Origin: the human T2T-CHM13v2.0 reference genome, Homo sapiens | Length of the DNA stretch: 64,000 nucleotides | Assembly (NCBI RefSeq): GCF_009914755.1 | Contig: NC_060929.1 | Strand: one strand, 5' to 3' | Shown: positions 26,370-41,289 of the stretch, in pieces | Layout: each line of letters starts with the position of its first letter | Position numbering within the stretch: position 1 is the stretch's first letter | Notes under the pieces: generated by a model | Database searches by the model: none | What the model saw: only the letters and a program-made list of their open reading frames with translations | What the model was told of the DNA's origin: nothing | Program-made: the position numbers and the translations under genes

Positions 26370-26610
26370 GGCCACGTGTGGTGGCTCACACCTGTAATCC
26401 CAGTGCTTTGGGAGGCCAAGCTGGGCTGATCACTTGAGCTCACAAGTTCGAGACCAGCTTAGGCAACATGACAAAACCAAAATTAGTCTGGCGTGGTGGT
26501 GCACACCTGTAGTCCCAGCTACTTGGGAGGCTGGGGTGGGAGGCAGAGGTTGCAGTAAGCCAAGATCATGCCACTGCACTCCAATTTGGGTGACAGAGCC
26601 AGACCTTCTC
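26370..26610 (+). mobile_element. Alu, internally deleted
   Basis: Alu consensus with deletions; no poly(A) tail. Confidence 0.8.
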
Positions 26611-26819
26611 ATATACATGCACAAAATTTGGCAGCAATAAAAAGGAGGTGGGTTGGAGAGAAATACTGGACACAGGGAGACTAGTCAGAACCTTACTAAA
26701 GAATCGCAAATATTAACAAAGAGGATAGGAGTTTAGGGAACAGGATGAAGATGTGATAAAGGATTAAAGGTAAATTTAGGAAGCAGTATCAGCAGATAAG
26801 TAATAGATTGGATATAGGG

Positions 26820-27031
26820 CAGTGGTTCCCAAACTGGGGTGGGTTTGTTCCTCGGGACATTTCACAATGTCTGGACACAGTTTTGGCTGTCACAATGAGG
26901 GAAACTGCTATTGGCATCTAGTGGGTAGCATCCAGGAACGCCGCTAAACATCTACAATGCACAAGATAGCTTTCCGCAACAAAAAATTTTCCAGCTCAAA
27001 ATGTTCATTGTGCCAAGGTTGAGAACTCCTG
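26820..27031. mobile_element. MER20 hAT-Charlie MITE nested in L2-like sequence
   Basis: cagtggttcccaa...ggcatctagtgggtag...gccaaggttgagaactcctg. Confidence 0.8.
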
Positions 27032-27604
27032 ATGTATAAGACAAAGAAGGAATCTGAGTCTCCTGGGTTTCTACTTTGGGTAACTGAAAAGAAGACAGTC
27101 CCACTAGCAAGGATGGGCCACAGAAAGTAAAGTCTAAGATTGGGGAAGTGGAAGGGGAAGATGAAGTCAGTTTTGAAGGAGTTCAGATGCCTACAGGGTT
27201 TGGATGTAGAACTCTTGGGCCAGGAACTTAAAAACACTTGTTTGGAGCTCAGAGAAAACCAGGCTGGCATGCAGAGTTTGGGGAATCACCAGATTTTATG
27301 ATGGGTATGTTTCAATACTAAGCATGTCCGTAATTTCCATTTAGAAAAAAGCTGTAGAAGAGGCAGTAGAGAAGCTATATCTAAAATCTTTAAGAGATTT
27401 ACATATAACTGAACTCTTAAAAAGCTATCTTAAAAATCTAGCTCTTAATCTCTTAAAAAGACCTGTAATACATTTGAAATTGATTGTTCAAGTGTCCAGG
27501 TATCAAAGTTAATATCTTTTCATAAACTGTATAAAACTCATAAATAAAGGTTAGACACTGCTTTCTTTACAACAATTCACACAAATACTAACTGGATCAA
27601 ACAC

Positions 27605-27850
27605 CAGCATTTCCCGAAGTGTGTTTATATTGAACAACAGTCTGAGAAATGAATGGTCCATGTTCAAACAAGTTTCGCAAACACTGTGTTATATTCTAAA
27701 ATATTTATAACGTACATTAGCATGTTAAAGGTTCTGAGAAGTTCTGCGGTAAAGAAACCAATCTAACACCAAATAATCCAGCATCTGGCAGATTATTTGA
27801 CCTCAGAACTCTTTCATGTAATATATTTACATCTCCTAGGATTTATATTT
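27605..27850. mobile_element. Old hAT-Charlie MITE (MER112-like)
   Basis: cagcatttcccgaagtgtgt...aaaggttctgagaagttctgc. Confidence 0.45.
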
Positions 27851-28102
27851 ATGGCTATGAGAATCAAAAGACAAATTCTGAGGTAAATATCTCACTGAAA
27901 GTTGGTCTGGATAGCTTACCATCTTTACTGATATTACTAATTATATTTATAATATAAAATTCAAGCCTTATTCAGTAACGACTACAGTATTATTTCTTAA
28001 ACGGGTACTTGTTAAGAACACTCAAAGTAACTCTTCTAAGAAACTAAAAATTACTCTTTAAAAATTGCTCTAAAAATCAATTTTAAAGACAAATAGATCC
28101 AT

Positions 28103-28408
28103 GCCGGGCGCAGTGGCTCACGCCTGTAATCCCAGCACTTTGGGAGGCCCAGGTGGGTTCATCACTTGAGGTCAGGAGTTTGAGACCAGCCTGGGCAACA
28201 TGGTAAAACCCCATCTCTACTAAAAATACAAAAATGAGCCAGGCACGGTGTCGCATGCCTATAATCCCAGCTACTCAGGAGGCTGCGGCAGGAGAATCAC
28301 TTGAACCCAGGAGACGGAGGTTGCAGTGAGCCAAGATCACGCCACTGCACCCCCAGCCTGGGCGACAGAGCGAGACTCCATCTCAAAAACAAACAAACAA
28401 ACAAAAAA
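28103..28408 (+). mobile_element. AluS-like element
   Basis: Full dimeric Alu with (AAAC)n tail. Confidence 0.9.
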
Positions 28409-29289
28409 ACCAGAAAACACACACACTTTAATCATAGAGCACTATCTATTCGGTAACTTCTTACATGAATAACCAGAACAGTAAGTAATTCAAACTACTT
28501 TACTGACATAAGAAAAGCTTACTGGAGTATTTTTCTGTTGATTCATAAACGAATTCTAGGAAATTGGTGTAACAATAATTCTCAAGTTCTTCATCTTGAG
28601 CTACAATTCTTTAAAAGTACTACATACAGTGATGGATGCTAAAACTTACTATGGATGTGGAAAACTGGAAGAATGTTAAGATAACCCTGAGAAAAAAGTA
28701 ATAAAATCAGAATTTTATTTTAAAAACAAGACTTACTCAAACTCACTAGAGCTGACATAAAGAATTACTACATTTAGCTCTCAGGCATCTGCGTAATAAG
28801 AAAGAAACGAGGATCATAAAAAAACTAGAGCAAAACAAAAAACTATTTTCCAGGAGATACATAAGTTTTGGTCTAGAAAAAAAGCAGACAGTTAACATTC
28901 ATCACTTGGATAGCTCTGATTTTTAAAAATCAATGATGATGCTGTTTTACAGTTACCAATGAAGTCTATACTTTCAAAAATATTATATGATTAACCAGTA
29001 AATCTTCATCCCAAGAGAGTGCAAAGGCATAGGTCCAATAAATACAATCAAACTCAAGGAAAGGAAGAGAAATTGTACATTTCCTGGTATACCTTTAATG
29101 CCTAGCTTAGAAGTATCCTTTTCAGATATGTAAGTACAAATGGCTACTGCAGCAAAGGAGATTATAAAGAAGGTTATGGTTTCAAATAATTTCCTTTCTT
29201 TTTAATTTTCCAAAAGAAAGTAGCCTGAAAGTATTCTAAGTATTCTAAGAAGTATTAGAAATAAGGCTGGTAATATTTTCCACTGAGGA

Positions 29290-29770
29290 TTTGACTCTGC
29301 TGCAGACCCTGTTCGCTGACTATCTACCAACTGTTCTTCCTTGCTGCTCCCCAACAAACCTCAGATACTCTACCCTCTTCCACATGACTGTGAGCTTCGC
29401 TAAGGATAATCATGGCAATCCCATTCTTGCCAGAAGTTGGGTTAGGAATGGACCTCTGAAACAATTCCAAGAAATAACCAAGAAAAGTTTGCTAGAAACT
29501 TCTAGGTACACTCACAGACAGTACACATGTAAGAAGGAATATTCTCTGAAACGGTATGTTTGCATGTGACATCAGGACCTAAAGAAACCCTTAGTGCTGT
29601 GAGGGGCGCATACCTGAGACCAAAGCCAACATTCTCTGTCGATAATAGCATACGGAAAAACAAAGACTCTGGTTCCTTGATGATGTCACTGGACCAACAA
29701 ATCACCTTATCTCCAGGCTTCTATATGATAATACGTTTGCTAATTGTTTCAAACAGTTGTCATTTAAAAA
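29290..29770. mobile_element. Old ERVL LTR remnant (LTR33/LTR16-like)
   Basis: aatcatggcaatcccattcttgccag...ggttccttgatgatgtcact pattern. Confidence 0.45.
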
Positions 29771-31239
29771 ACTATGCAAATGAAAACTGAGGAAAGAGGC
29801 TTACTTACAATAAACTCTGCACTAACATGCCCCCCCAATACTGTAATTGGTGGCAGTTCAGAACTATACAAGCTACACACTGGTCATTCATTCACTTCAT
29901 AACACCACCCCACAGTATACACAATTTGATTTTGGGGTCCCCATTTAAAATTGTAGAACCAACAGAGCAATTTATAAGAATAACTGCATTGAGATGGGTG
30001 GGAAGAGGAAGAAATGGAAAGGTAAATGTGGAACTGGCAAAAATTCACCACTAGTTGACTTTCTGCAATAAGGATTTAAAATCCAAAGCTTTCAATTAAA
30101 AAAATAGTAATATAAGAGCTTATTAGAGCTATGGAGGCAACCACTAAAAGAAATAAAAATTACATTTTTTAAAAGTAGTTGCTTCTGGGGATGGGGCTCA
30201 ATTACTTCGCTTTCTTATCCTTTAGGTATTGTTTAATTTTTCTTAACCTTGTATAGGTATTAAAATATCTTTCTAAAATGGCACTGTGAAGAAATTACAC
30301 TTACATAACAATTAACGATGGAAAATAATGCTTTAGGGGCCATTTTTGAAGACTGCCAAAGAATCAAAGAATGACAATTTTAACAGGTTGGAACTCAACT
30401 GAGAGGAATAAGGGAAAGTAGGAGAGGAGCGAAATCCAAACATGCCTAACTGTAGGACTACAGGTGCTGAAGGTACATCCAATTCCCGACAAAAACATCC
30501 CCCTTGATTTGAAGTAAACAGGAAAGTAAGACAAAAAACATTCTACCCTCAGCTTGCTTTTGGGTGACTGAAGTGGCAAGAGAAGCTGAACAATACTTGT
30601 TCAGGCCAAAATGAGAATGACAAGGATAAGTCCAGGAATAGACGGACACTAATTACCATTTAACTTGATAGGTAATGGCTGGAGAATTTAGTTTCAGTGC
30701 CACTATGAAGTGGCATAGCATGACTTTGGATGCAGCAGCTCAAGCACTGGAATTTCCTAGAAAGAATTATCCTGTACAACTTAATAATATAAATTGAAAC
30801 TCCACACGATTATCAGGGAACTGGTTTAAATCTCACCACCTCCTCTCTTTCTCATACATATATCCTACCCCATGAAAAATCTCATTAAGATACCTGTTTT
30901 GATGCTGCTCAGAGATTATGACTGCATAATATAACATACTACCAACTGTATGTCCCTATGCCATGATATGTGTAATAAGCTGATTGCTTATACATACAAT
31001 GTTCTTTTTTAAAAACCATATACGAACTTTGAAGAATGCAAAGGTTTTTCTGCTAATGGCTACCCAACACATAATTATACTGCAACAACTCCACCTAGTG
31101 ATGAACCAAAAATATAGCAGGTGCATGTTTTTTAAAACCTGGAAGTTACTCTATAGCAAATACAAAATTGTAAAGTAACCTTGCTATAATAGAAGTATCG
31201 AGACTTCTGGAAGGATTTTTTTTTTTAATTGTATGATCT

Positions 31240-31540
31240 GGCCAGGCACAGTGGCTCACCTCTGTAGTCCTAGTGCTGTGGGAGGCCAAAGCGGGAGGAT
31301 CGCTTGAGCCCATGAGTTCCAGACCAGGTTGGCCAACAGCAAGACCTCGCCTCCATAAAAAATTTAAAAATTAGCTGGCTGTGGTGGCACATGCCTATAG
31401 TCTCAGCTACTCAAGAGGATGAGGCAGGAGGATCATTTGAGCCCAGGAGTTGGAGGCTGCAGCGAGCTATGATTGTACACCACTGCATTCCAGGATGGGT
31501 GACAGAGCAAGACCCTGTCTCTTTAAAAAAGAAAAAAAAA
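31240..31540 (+). mobile_element. AluJ-like element
   Basis: Target-site duplication tgtatgatct. Confidence 0.88.
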
Positions 31541-31581
31541 TGTATGATCTGAATTCCTTGATCTTTTAATCTGTTGGGTGA

Positions 31582-32063
<482 letters not shown>

Positions 32064-32419
32064 CTACTGTTTACATTTCTTATATGTCACCTCTTACTTT
32101 AAGAGTAGTTTTTATAATCTATAGGACATGGTATTAGTTATTAAGAGATTTTAGTACTTACTCTTGGCCACTTTAATAAGTAGCTATAAAGTATTAAGGA
32201 ATATGCTGAAATTCAGAGTAAAAAGCAAGCAACCTCATTCAATGCACATTTAAGCAACATCTTCAATGTTCAAAGAAACTTGCTTGGTATGTATTAAATA
32301 ACTGCCAAGTGACTTTGTCCTTACCACCCATTAAAAACCCCATCCATTTCAGGTAAAATTTCAGTGTTTAAAAATATATCAAGTATGCCTGATAGATCAC
32401 ATTTAAAATTACATTTTTA

Positions 32420-32685
32420 GGCTGGGTGTGGTGGCTCATACCTGTAATCCCAGCACTTTCGGAGGCTGAGACAGGCAGATTGCCTGAGCCCAGGAGTTCA
32501 AGACCAGCTGGGCAATATGGGGAAACCCCATCTCTACAAAAAATTAGCCGGGCATGGTGGCGCACACCTGTGGTCCCAGCTACTTGACAGGAGAGATCAC
32601 CTGAGCCAGGTAAGTCAAGGCTGCAGTGAGCTGAGATCGTGCCACTGCACTCCAGCCTGGCCAACAGAGGAGACCCTGTCTCAAA

Positions 32686-32714
<29 letters not shown>
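32420..32714 (+). mobile_element. Alu (J/S) with (TAA)n tail
   Basis: Dimeric Alu consensus. Confidence 0.87.
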
Positions 32715-32717
<3 letters not shown>

Positions 32718-32890
32718 TACAATTAGAATTGATATGGCACATTCCATTTTACTTGACTTTAAATATTCTCCTCTTCCCAAATGATTTCCACTAACTCAAG
32801 CTAAATTCTGAGAACTGACAGTATATGCCTGGGAAATCTAAAGAAAGTAATCTCTTGTTAATAACTAGAATTTAATTATTGTTAATATAG

Positions 32891-33275
<385 letters not shown>

Positions 33276-33302
33276 TTAAAAACTTTAAAAACAAATGAAT
33301 TA

Positions 33303-33610
<308 letters not shown>

Positions 33611-33906
33611 CTATAAAGGCCATTTAAGTGCTAATATCACCTTCAACGAACAATCATAATACTCTAAGGTACACTTTTCTACTTGCTACAAACTAAATGA
33701 GTGGATGTTCAGTCCATATAATATCTAAACAAATAAATATTCTAATAAGTAAACTCAGGATTGAAGAGAAAGATTCAGAGATACTTGAACAAAATGTTAA
33801 CATTTGTGAAATTTGAAAAGTGGATATGTGTATAGTATTCCCTGTATTATTGTGAATATTTTAAATTGCTCAAAACAAACAATAAAACGTCACAGCACTT
33901 CTCTAG

Positions 33907-34261
<355 letters not shown>

Positions 34262-34307
34262 TAGGTCATTTAACTGCCACATAACAATACATGTTATGAT
34301 TAGAATT

Positions 34308-34775
34308 ACACTATCCAGTATGGTAGCCACTAGCCACCTGACCACTACGCATGTGAAATTCAGCTGGTGCAACTGAGAAAGTGAATTAATTTAAACTTTA
34401 TCTGATACTCAGTTCAGTGTCTGAAAAGCTTTTAAATATATATGGAACAACCTGGGTATGTGAATCTACTTTTTCCAACAGAAATTTTATGAAATTTAAA
34501 TTCAGATCAAGTATTTCCAATAAACATTTAACATTCAAATTGAGATGTGCTCTAAATGCAAAATACATAATGGATTTCAAAGACTTAGTATTTTTTTAAA
34601 AAATGTAATGTATCTCCATGACTTTTACATTAATCACTTTTAAAAAGATAGCATTTTGGATAAACTGTGTCAAAATATATAAAAATTGATTTTGACTTCC
34701 TTTTTAGAACCTTAAAACTAAATTTCAAATAACATATGTTGTTCACATCATATTTCTAGTGGAGAACGTTGGACT
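34308..34775 (+). mobile_element. Charlie1-family hAT transposon derivative with transposase C-terminal remnant
   Basis: 5' end tatggtagccactagccac; ORF 34417-34599 (TTWVCESTFSNRNFMKFKFRSSISNKHL) resembles the hAT dimerisation motif. Confidence 0.78.
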
Positions 34776-34789
34776 AGACAATATTTTCT

Positions 34790-35135
34790 GTAGCTATTTC
34801 CTTATCGACAGACATATAAGTAGTTCTCATTTTTGCACTGTTACAAAATAGCATTACAAACAATGTTCCTGTATGTTTTCTTGTGCACGCACACAAGAGA
34901 TACACTAGAAGCAGAATTCCTAGTCATAGGGTATTGGTACAGGTCACAGCACCTGTACCAATTTACACTCATTAGTTTTATACTACACTCTCCTAACATT
35001 TGGTAATGTCCACGTAACATCTTTAATTTGTGCCAATTTTGGACATGAAATGGTATTTCACTGTAGTTTCAATTTGCATATGCCTGATCACTAGAGAGCT
35101 TAAGCAGCTATTCATGTATTTCTGGGCCATCTGAG
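34790..35135 (-). mobile_element. Old L1M fragment
   Basis: gtaccaatttacactc...tgaaatggtatttcactgtagtttcaatttgcat...ttcatgtatttctgggccat. Confidence 0.65.
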
Positions 35136-35854
35136 CGCAACAAATTGCTATACTCATTTCTGAGCTTGTTTAAAACCTTATTTTAGCTCCAATAGTGAAA
35201 AAGACAGAATCTAAAATTCAGTACTCAAACGACATCTCATATATCCAATTCTAACCACATAAAGGTAAATTATGGTCCTTTGGTATAAAATTTAGGTTCT
35301 ATTTTTCCATACCAAAGTGTTTCTGATACTCCTCTAAATTACTCCATTGTGAAAGGGTGAGCTGGTGGAGGTAATGGAGGAGTAAGTAAATGCATGTTAG
35401 TCAAACTTTTAACTTAGAGCTGCTTAAAATGTTTTCCTGGCTCAGCGTCAAAAAACAATTTACACAAAACATATTTAATGTTAAACTAGACGTCAAAAAT
35501 AACACAATTCTATTGCCAAATAAGTTAAACTCCTGAGTGTTTTTCAAGCAGTAAATTCCCACTCTCTTTCTCTATGCATTTTTCTTTCCAACATCCCTCA
35601 GACTTGGAAGTGACTCTAACTTTCATTTGATCAAGTTTTGTCTAGTCACAGGTACTAATTACAGCTAAGTCTTTTCTACATGGTCCTCGAGTCATCTAGC
35701 TATAAGCCTACCAATGAATAGCACATCTGTTATTTTATGTATGGTAGTCATACAGTCTCAATTTCCCAAGATTATCCAGGTTTCATATTATTTTATTTTT
35801 ATCTGTTGAAAAGGGGCTATATTAAGTATAATTAAATGTGACTTATAATTTGCC

Positions 35855-35975
35855 TTTTTTTTTTATTTTTAAGAGATGGGGTTATGTTGCCCAGGCCTAA
35901 CTTGAACTCCTGGGCTCAAGGGATCCTCTCACCTCAGCCTCCCGCTGGGACATTGGACACAAGCTACCTCGCCCC
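35855..35975 (-). mobile_element. FLAM / Alu monomer
   Basis: Single reverse Alu arm. Confidence 0.7.
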
Positions 35976-37447
35976 ACATTACTTTCAAATTTTGTCAGCG
36001 TTTCACGTAACAAAAACTATAGACAAAACTCTTTTGTCAGATAATGTCTCAATTTTGGGTTTTGCAAATATAATCCCTGTAGTGATGTGGTGTTTGTGCT
36101 TAGATGCATTAGCTCTATTTCATAAAAGTAGTGTTAATACAACCCAGTCACCATGGCATCATAGAAACCCAAATACATTTTCTGACTGTGAAAAGCAATT
36201 AACATTTTTCACTGACCAAAAATATAATACAGGAATACAATAATCTAAGTGGGAGGCCTTTTCCCTATTTAGCTTTCCTGAAAGTGAATTTTATTAGAGG
36301 TAGAGGGAGACTGACTTCTGAGCTACCTGAGAGAGGGAATCCTATAGATAAACGGGCATCTTAACAAGACAAGTTTACTACAGTGTTTTTCAAACCCTAG
36401 GTCACAATCCAGGGAGTCATGATCAATCTACTGGTCAACAAGGGGTATTTTTAAAAGTGAATGAAAATGTACAATATCAGAAGTGCATCATACATGGTGA
36501 GGACATATATCTTGTTCCAAGAAACTTTCAGCCACGTATTTATATATGCTTGTCACAATGTAAGATGCATTTTCTTCCCCCTGCAGATCATGGCCAAAAG
36601 ATTTAAAGACCTGGGCATAAAAAATGCTTCTATTTAACCTTAATGAAAATTCTGTGAAGCAGATACACAACACCCATCTTATAGTATGAAAACAGCACTC
36701 CTGAGTGACTTAAAGTCACACAGCTAGCAAATGATATAAGCCTAGTTTCTAATGCAAATGAAAATAGAAATAAACCTAGTGGACATCAAAGAACTAAAAT
36801 TAAAACCATGAGTTGTCTTTTTTTACCTGTCAACATAGAAATTTTTTAATGACTAAATTCAATGTTAGTCATTAAATTCAATGTTAGTGAGAACTTAAGG
36901 AAACCTGACACTTTCCAAAGCAGCTGGTGGGAGTATAAATTAGTAAAGTCTTTCTGAAAAACACCTTAGCAATGCATATCAAAAGCCACTATATAGCCAT
37001 GAGAAAACAAAGTTGTAGCATATCCAGTGACATAAAATGTCCTATATAATAAAGAAAACAGTTTATAAATAAGTGGATACTGTATAAAAACATGTCTACA
37101 AAGCCTAAGGAAAAAAATACATGGAGGATACACTTACTTCAGCCCTTGCTCTGCCACTCCTTCTCTCAACACAGACACCAGAATGATCCTTCTAAAAACT
37201 CAACCTAGCATTGAAATACTCTAGGAAAAAAAAAGTGGGGTGGGGAGGCAGGATAAAGCAAGCACGACAAAATGCAGATGGCTGTTAAAGTGGGTTGGAT
37301 GGTGAGTCCTTTTCTGTATATCTGGAACATTCAATAATATATAATTTTAAAATAATAAAACATAAGGTAGATCTTTCCTCAGAACTCCCCAATGGCTTCC
37401 CATCTCACTCACAGTAAAATACAAAGTCCTTAAAATGGCCTAAAGGA

Positions 37448-37770
37448 GGCCAGGAGCGGTGGCTCATGCCTATGCTATCCCAGCACTTTGGGAGGCCGAG
37501 GCAGGCGGATCACCTGAGGTCAGGAGTTCAAGACAGCCTGACCAACATGGTGAAACCCCGTCTCTACTAAAAATACAAAAAATTAGCCGGGCATGGTGGC
37601 ATGTACCTATAATCCCAGCTACTCAGGAAGCTGAGGCAGGAGAATCTCTTGAACCTGGGAGGCAGAGGTTGCAGTGAGCCGAGATCATGCCATTTGCACC
37701 CCAGTCTGGGGAATAAGAGCAAAACTCCATCTCAAAGAAAAAAAAAAAAAAAAAAAAAGAAAGAAAAAAA
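37448..37770 (+). mobile_element. AluSx-like element
   Basis: Target-site duplication aaaatggcctaaagg. Confidence 0.9.
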
Positions 37771-37789
37771 TGGCCTAAAGGCCTTGTGC

Positions 37790-37916
37790 CAGTGTTTCTC
37801 AACCCTGGCTGCACATTAGAAATCAGCTTCCGTGGCCTGGGTGGGGAGCTCAGCATCAGTGGTTTTCAAGAGCCTCTAAGGTGATTCTCATGTGCAGCCA
37901 GGAGGGAGAGCAACTA
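37790..37916. mobile_element. MER5-family MITE
   Basis: cagtgtttctcaaccctggctgcacattagaa...ggtgattctcatgtgcagccagg with internal inverted repeat. Confidence 0.7.
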
Positions 37917-38679
37917 GAGGACACAATCCCCTCCTCCCTGTCTTAACTTCATTTGTCCCTTGCCCTCTTTTGTTCCAGCCACAGTGGCCTTCCTGATGTT
38001 TCTCAAACATGCCAGGCACTGCCCCCATCAAGGCCTTTGCCTGGAGTGCTCTTTTCCTTCAGGTCTGCCCAGCATGTTCTTTTGTCTCCTCCAGGTCTTG
38101 GCTCAAATGTTACCTTCTCAAGTAGAGCCATTCTTGGTCACTCTATGTAAAAATTGCAGTCCCTTCCAGGACTCCCTCTTCCCTTTATTTCTTTTATTCT
38201 CCCCCATGGTACTTATCACCATCTGACACACAATATACTTTCTTATATATTGTCCTTTTCCCCCAAGTAAAGTATAATCTCCTCAAAGGCAAGGATTTTG
38301 ACTGTTCTAATCATTGCTGTATCCTCAGCATCTCAAATTTCTGGCACATATTAGATATTCAGAAAATAATAGTAAATGAATGAATGCTTATACACCAAAA
38401 TGTTTAGAGTTCTTGATGGTGGAATTACAAGTGACTTATTTTTTCTTATCTCAATTTTCTATGTGAACATATATTTATAAGAAAAAAAATTTTTTAAGCA
38501 AATACTTTTTTAATCCAATGAATTTGCTTGCTTTTAAATACACAGCTAGTGGAATATTGTCTTAAATAAATACATATGTAAACATTCATTGAGCTGCAGA
38601 TTTGTGCACTTTACTGAATATGACATGATTTACATTTTTTAACAAAGTAAATACCAATTAAAAATACTACAGAGCCCTA

Positions 38680-38993
38680 GGCCAGGCGTGGTGGCTCATG
38701 CTTGTATTCCCAGGAATGGGAGGCTGAGGTAGGAGAATCACTTGAGCCCAGGAGTTTAAGACCAACCTGGACCACGTAGTGAGACCTTGTCTCTACTAAA
38801 AATAAAAAAAAAAAGTTAGCCAGACACGATGGTACATGCCTATGTCCCAGCTACTCAGGAGACCGAGGCAGGAGGATCGCTTGAGCCCGTAAGTTTGAGG
38901 TTATAATGAGCTATGTCTGTGCCACTATACTCCAGCCTGGGCAACAGAGTGAGACCCTGTCTCTAAAAAAAATGTTTTTAATTAAAAAAAAAA
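38680..38993 (+). mobile_element. AluJ-like element
   Basis: Dimeric Alu; agccctag on both flanks. Confidence 0.85.
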
Positions 38994-39399
38994 TTACAGC
39001 CCTAGTGATATTAGATTCACCTAGCAAACAGATTTGCGGATACTGTTGTCCAGAGAATGTTTCTTACAAAAGAAATCAGCCACAAACTTCCAACTGATCC
39101 AAGTTTTGCCATCAACTATGTCTGTTCAGAATTATCTCTGCAGTATAGTTATTCTACACAAGTTATCCTACACAAGTAATCTTTAACTACCAATATAGCT
39201 TTAATTGTGAACCAGCAAGCTTGCCCTGAGGGATCCCATAAATATCAACTTTAAGGAAGCCAATCATCTAAAGCTAGATAAAAATTCCTAACTGGTTCTC
39301 CAACCACCACAGCATAAAAGACGATGGTTTAACTAAACAAGTACAGATAAATAATAGCCCAACCAAATGATAAATAGAAAAAGCAAGCAAATACTAAAG

Positions 39400-39622
39400 C
39401 AAGTTTGCCCAACTCACAGCCTGTGGACCACATGCAGCCCAGACAGCTTTGAATGTGGCCCAACACAAATTTGTAAACTTTCTTAAACATTATCAGACAT
39501 TTGTGATTCTTTTTTTGTTTTTTTAAGCTCCTCATTTATCGTTAGTGTATTTTATGTGTGGCCCAAGACAATTCTTCCTCTTCCAATATGGCCCAGGGAA
39601 GCCAAAAGATTGGACACCCTTG
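39400..39622. mobile_element. MER30 hAT-Charlie MITE
   Basis: gctttgaatgtggcccaacacaaatttgtaaac...ggcccagggaagccaaaagattggacacc. Confidence 0.82.
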
Positions 39623-40209
39623 TACTAAAGACTTTGTATTTGGCAGACATTCCACAATATTCAAATGGATTATATTAATATTAGAACTCCAATTTCAGTT
39701 GCCTCATCCAACCATTTAAGAACCAGTTATTTTCAGTTCTTTTAAAATTCATGCCCTGGAGTCTGGACAAAGTGGTAATACCTACTCTTAAATCTTTCTT
39801 AATCAAAAACAGCCTCTCATTATATGAAAGAGTTCTAGAATCTCAATCAAGGGCTCTTTTGAGACATTTGAGAAGAACAAGTTAGTCTTATTTCTTAAGA
39901 AAAGAGAGAGGAGTGGTAATACTAATTAGAAAGGTACTACAAACAACAGCATGAGCATAGCATATCACCCTGCAGCAATTCCACATCATGGCAATAATTT
40001 TAAAAACTTTATTCCAATACTAAGTATGGCTAGACTATGGTGAAAAATGCAAAGTTCATGTAAATTTCTAAGTTACACCATAACATTAAAAAAATTTGAC
40101 ACTATCCTACCACCAGTATATCCTAAATGTATTTACTCTTTTCTGTTATTTAGGTACTTTGGCAGAAATAGCAAAAGTATTTGTTTTGGAGCCTATTAAC
40201 TATTCTAAA

Positions 40210-40387
40210 TTTTCTTTTTTAAAAAAGAAAAAAATAGAGAGGCTCTCAGTCTGTCTCCCAGGCTGGAGTGCAGTAGTATGCTCATGGCTTATAGCTCACT
40301 GCAGCCCCAAACTCCTAGGCTAAGTGATCCTATCCAGTCAGCCTCCCAAGTAGCTGGGACTAAAGGTGTGCACCATCATGCCCAACC

Positions 40388-40419
<32 letters not shown>

Positions 40420-40537
40420 GTGGAGACGGGGTCTCACTTTGTTGCTCAGGCTGATCTAGAACTCCTGGCTTCAAGGGATCATCCTGCCTTGGCCTCCCAA
40501 AAAGCTGAGATTACAGGCATGAGCTACTGCTCCTGGC
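40210..40537 (-). mobile_element. AluJ-like element with expanded internal T tract
   Basis: Reverse dimeric Alu. Confidence 0.85.
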
Positions 40538-41289
40538 CTTTCTAAACTTTCTAAGACTAAATTCTTTCCCCCTGTATTAGTAATATAGTGAGACAGCAAA
40601 TTTCTGATTATCTCAATTCCCTAAAAGATGCCTTCACTGAATTAAGATTTAAAGTTCTCCCTTGAATTGTTTAACAGATAAAATAAACTCCCATTGGATC
40701 ATCAACCCACTCAGTATCTTAATGACAGTGCTAGGCAAAAAAATCATCTGTTTGCTATTACACCCAAACAAGACTACAACTCAATACACTCCTCACTCAT
40801 TTGCCAAGAAACTCAGTTAGATTGTTTTCTACTCTCATAATGATCTCATCTCAGGTTCCTGCTACATCTGTTCATCTTTTTCTTTTCAACAATGTGTCTT
40901 CAACTATCCTGTTTTACCTTGTTCCTGATTTTACAAAATATTAAAAATTCTCTGCAGAAACTGAAAGGTTACAGATGTAGTATAATGAAAACTGAATAGC
41001 TTCAAATTGATAGAGTCAAAAAAGTAATAGTGACAGGAAAAAAGCTGATGACAGTTTCTAAACTTCTGCAGTTGGAATTATGTGATGTCTCAGCAATTTT
41101 CCTTTTATAAATTGAGCACACAAATTACAAATTACTCAACAACAACTTCCATCATTTGTCCCAAAGGAGGGAAGCCACAGGCTGCATAATTCAAACTCAG
41201 AAATTTAAATATGCTACTCCTAAATCTGAAGACAAAGGCCTAAACCTATAAAATGTGGTACATTCTTTGGCTATAATTAACATTTTAAA

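Larger units (their letters stand above)
37140..38385. mobile_element. L2 fragment interrupted by an Alu and a MER5-like element
   Basis: ccagaatgatccttctaaaa...ccaatggcttcccatctcactca...ccagccacagtggccttc...aaatgaatgaatg L2 3' end. Confidence 0.65.
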
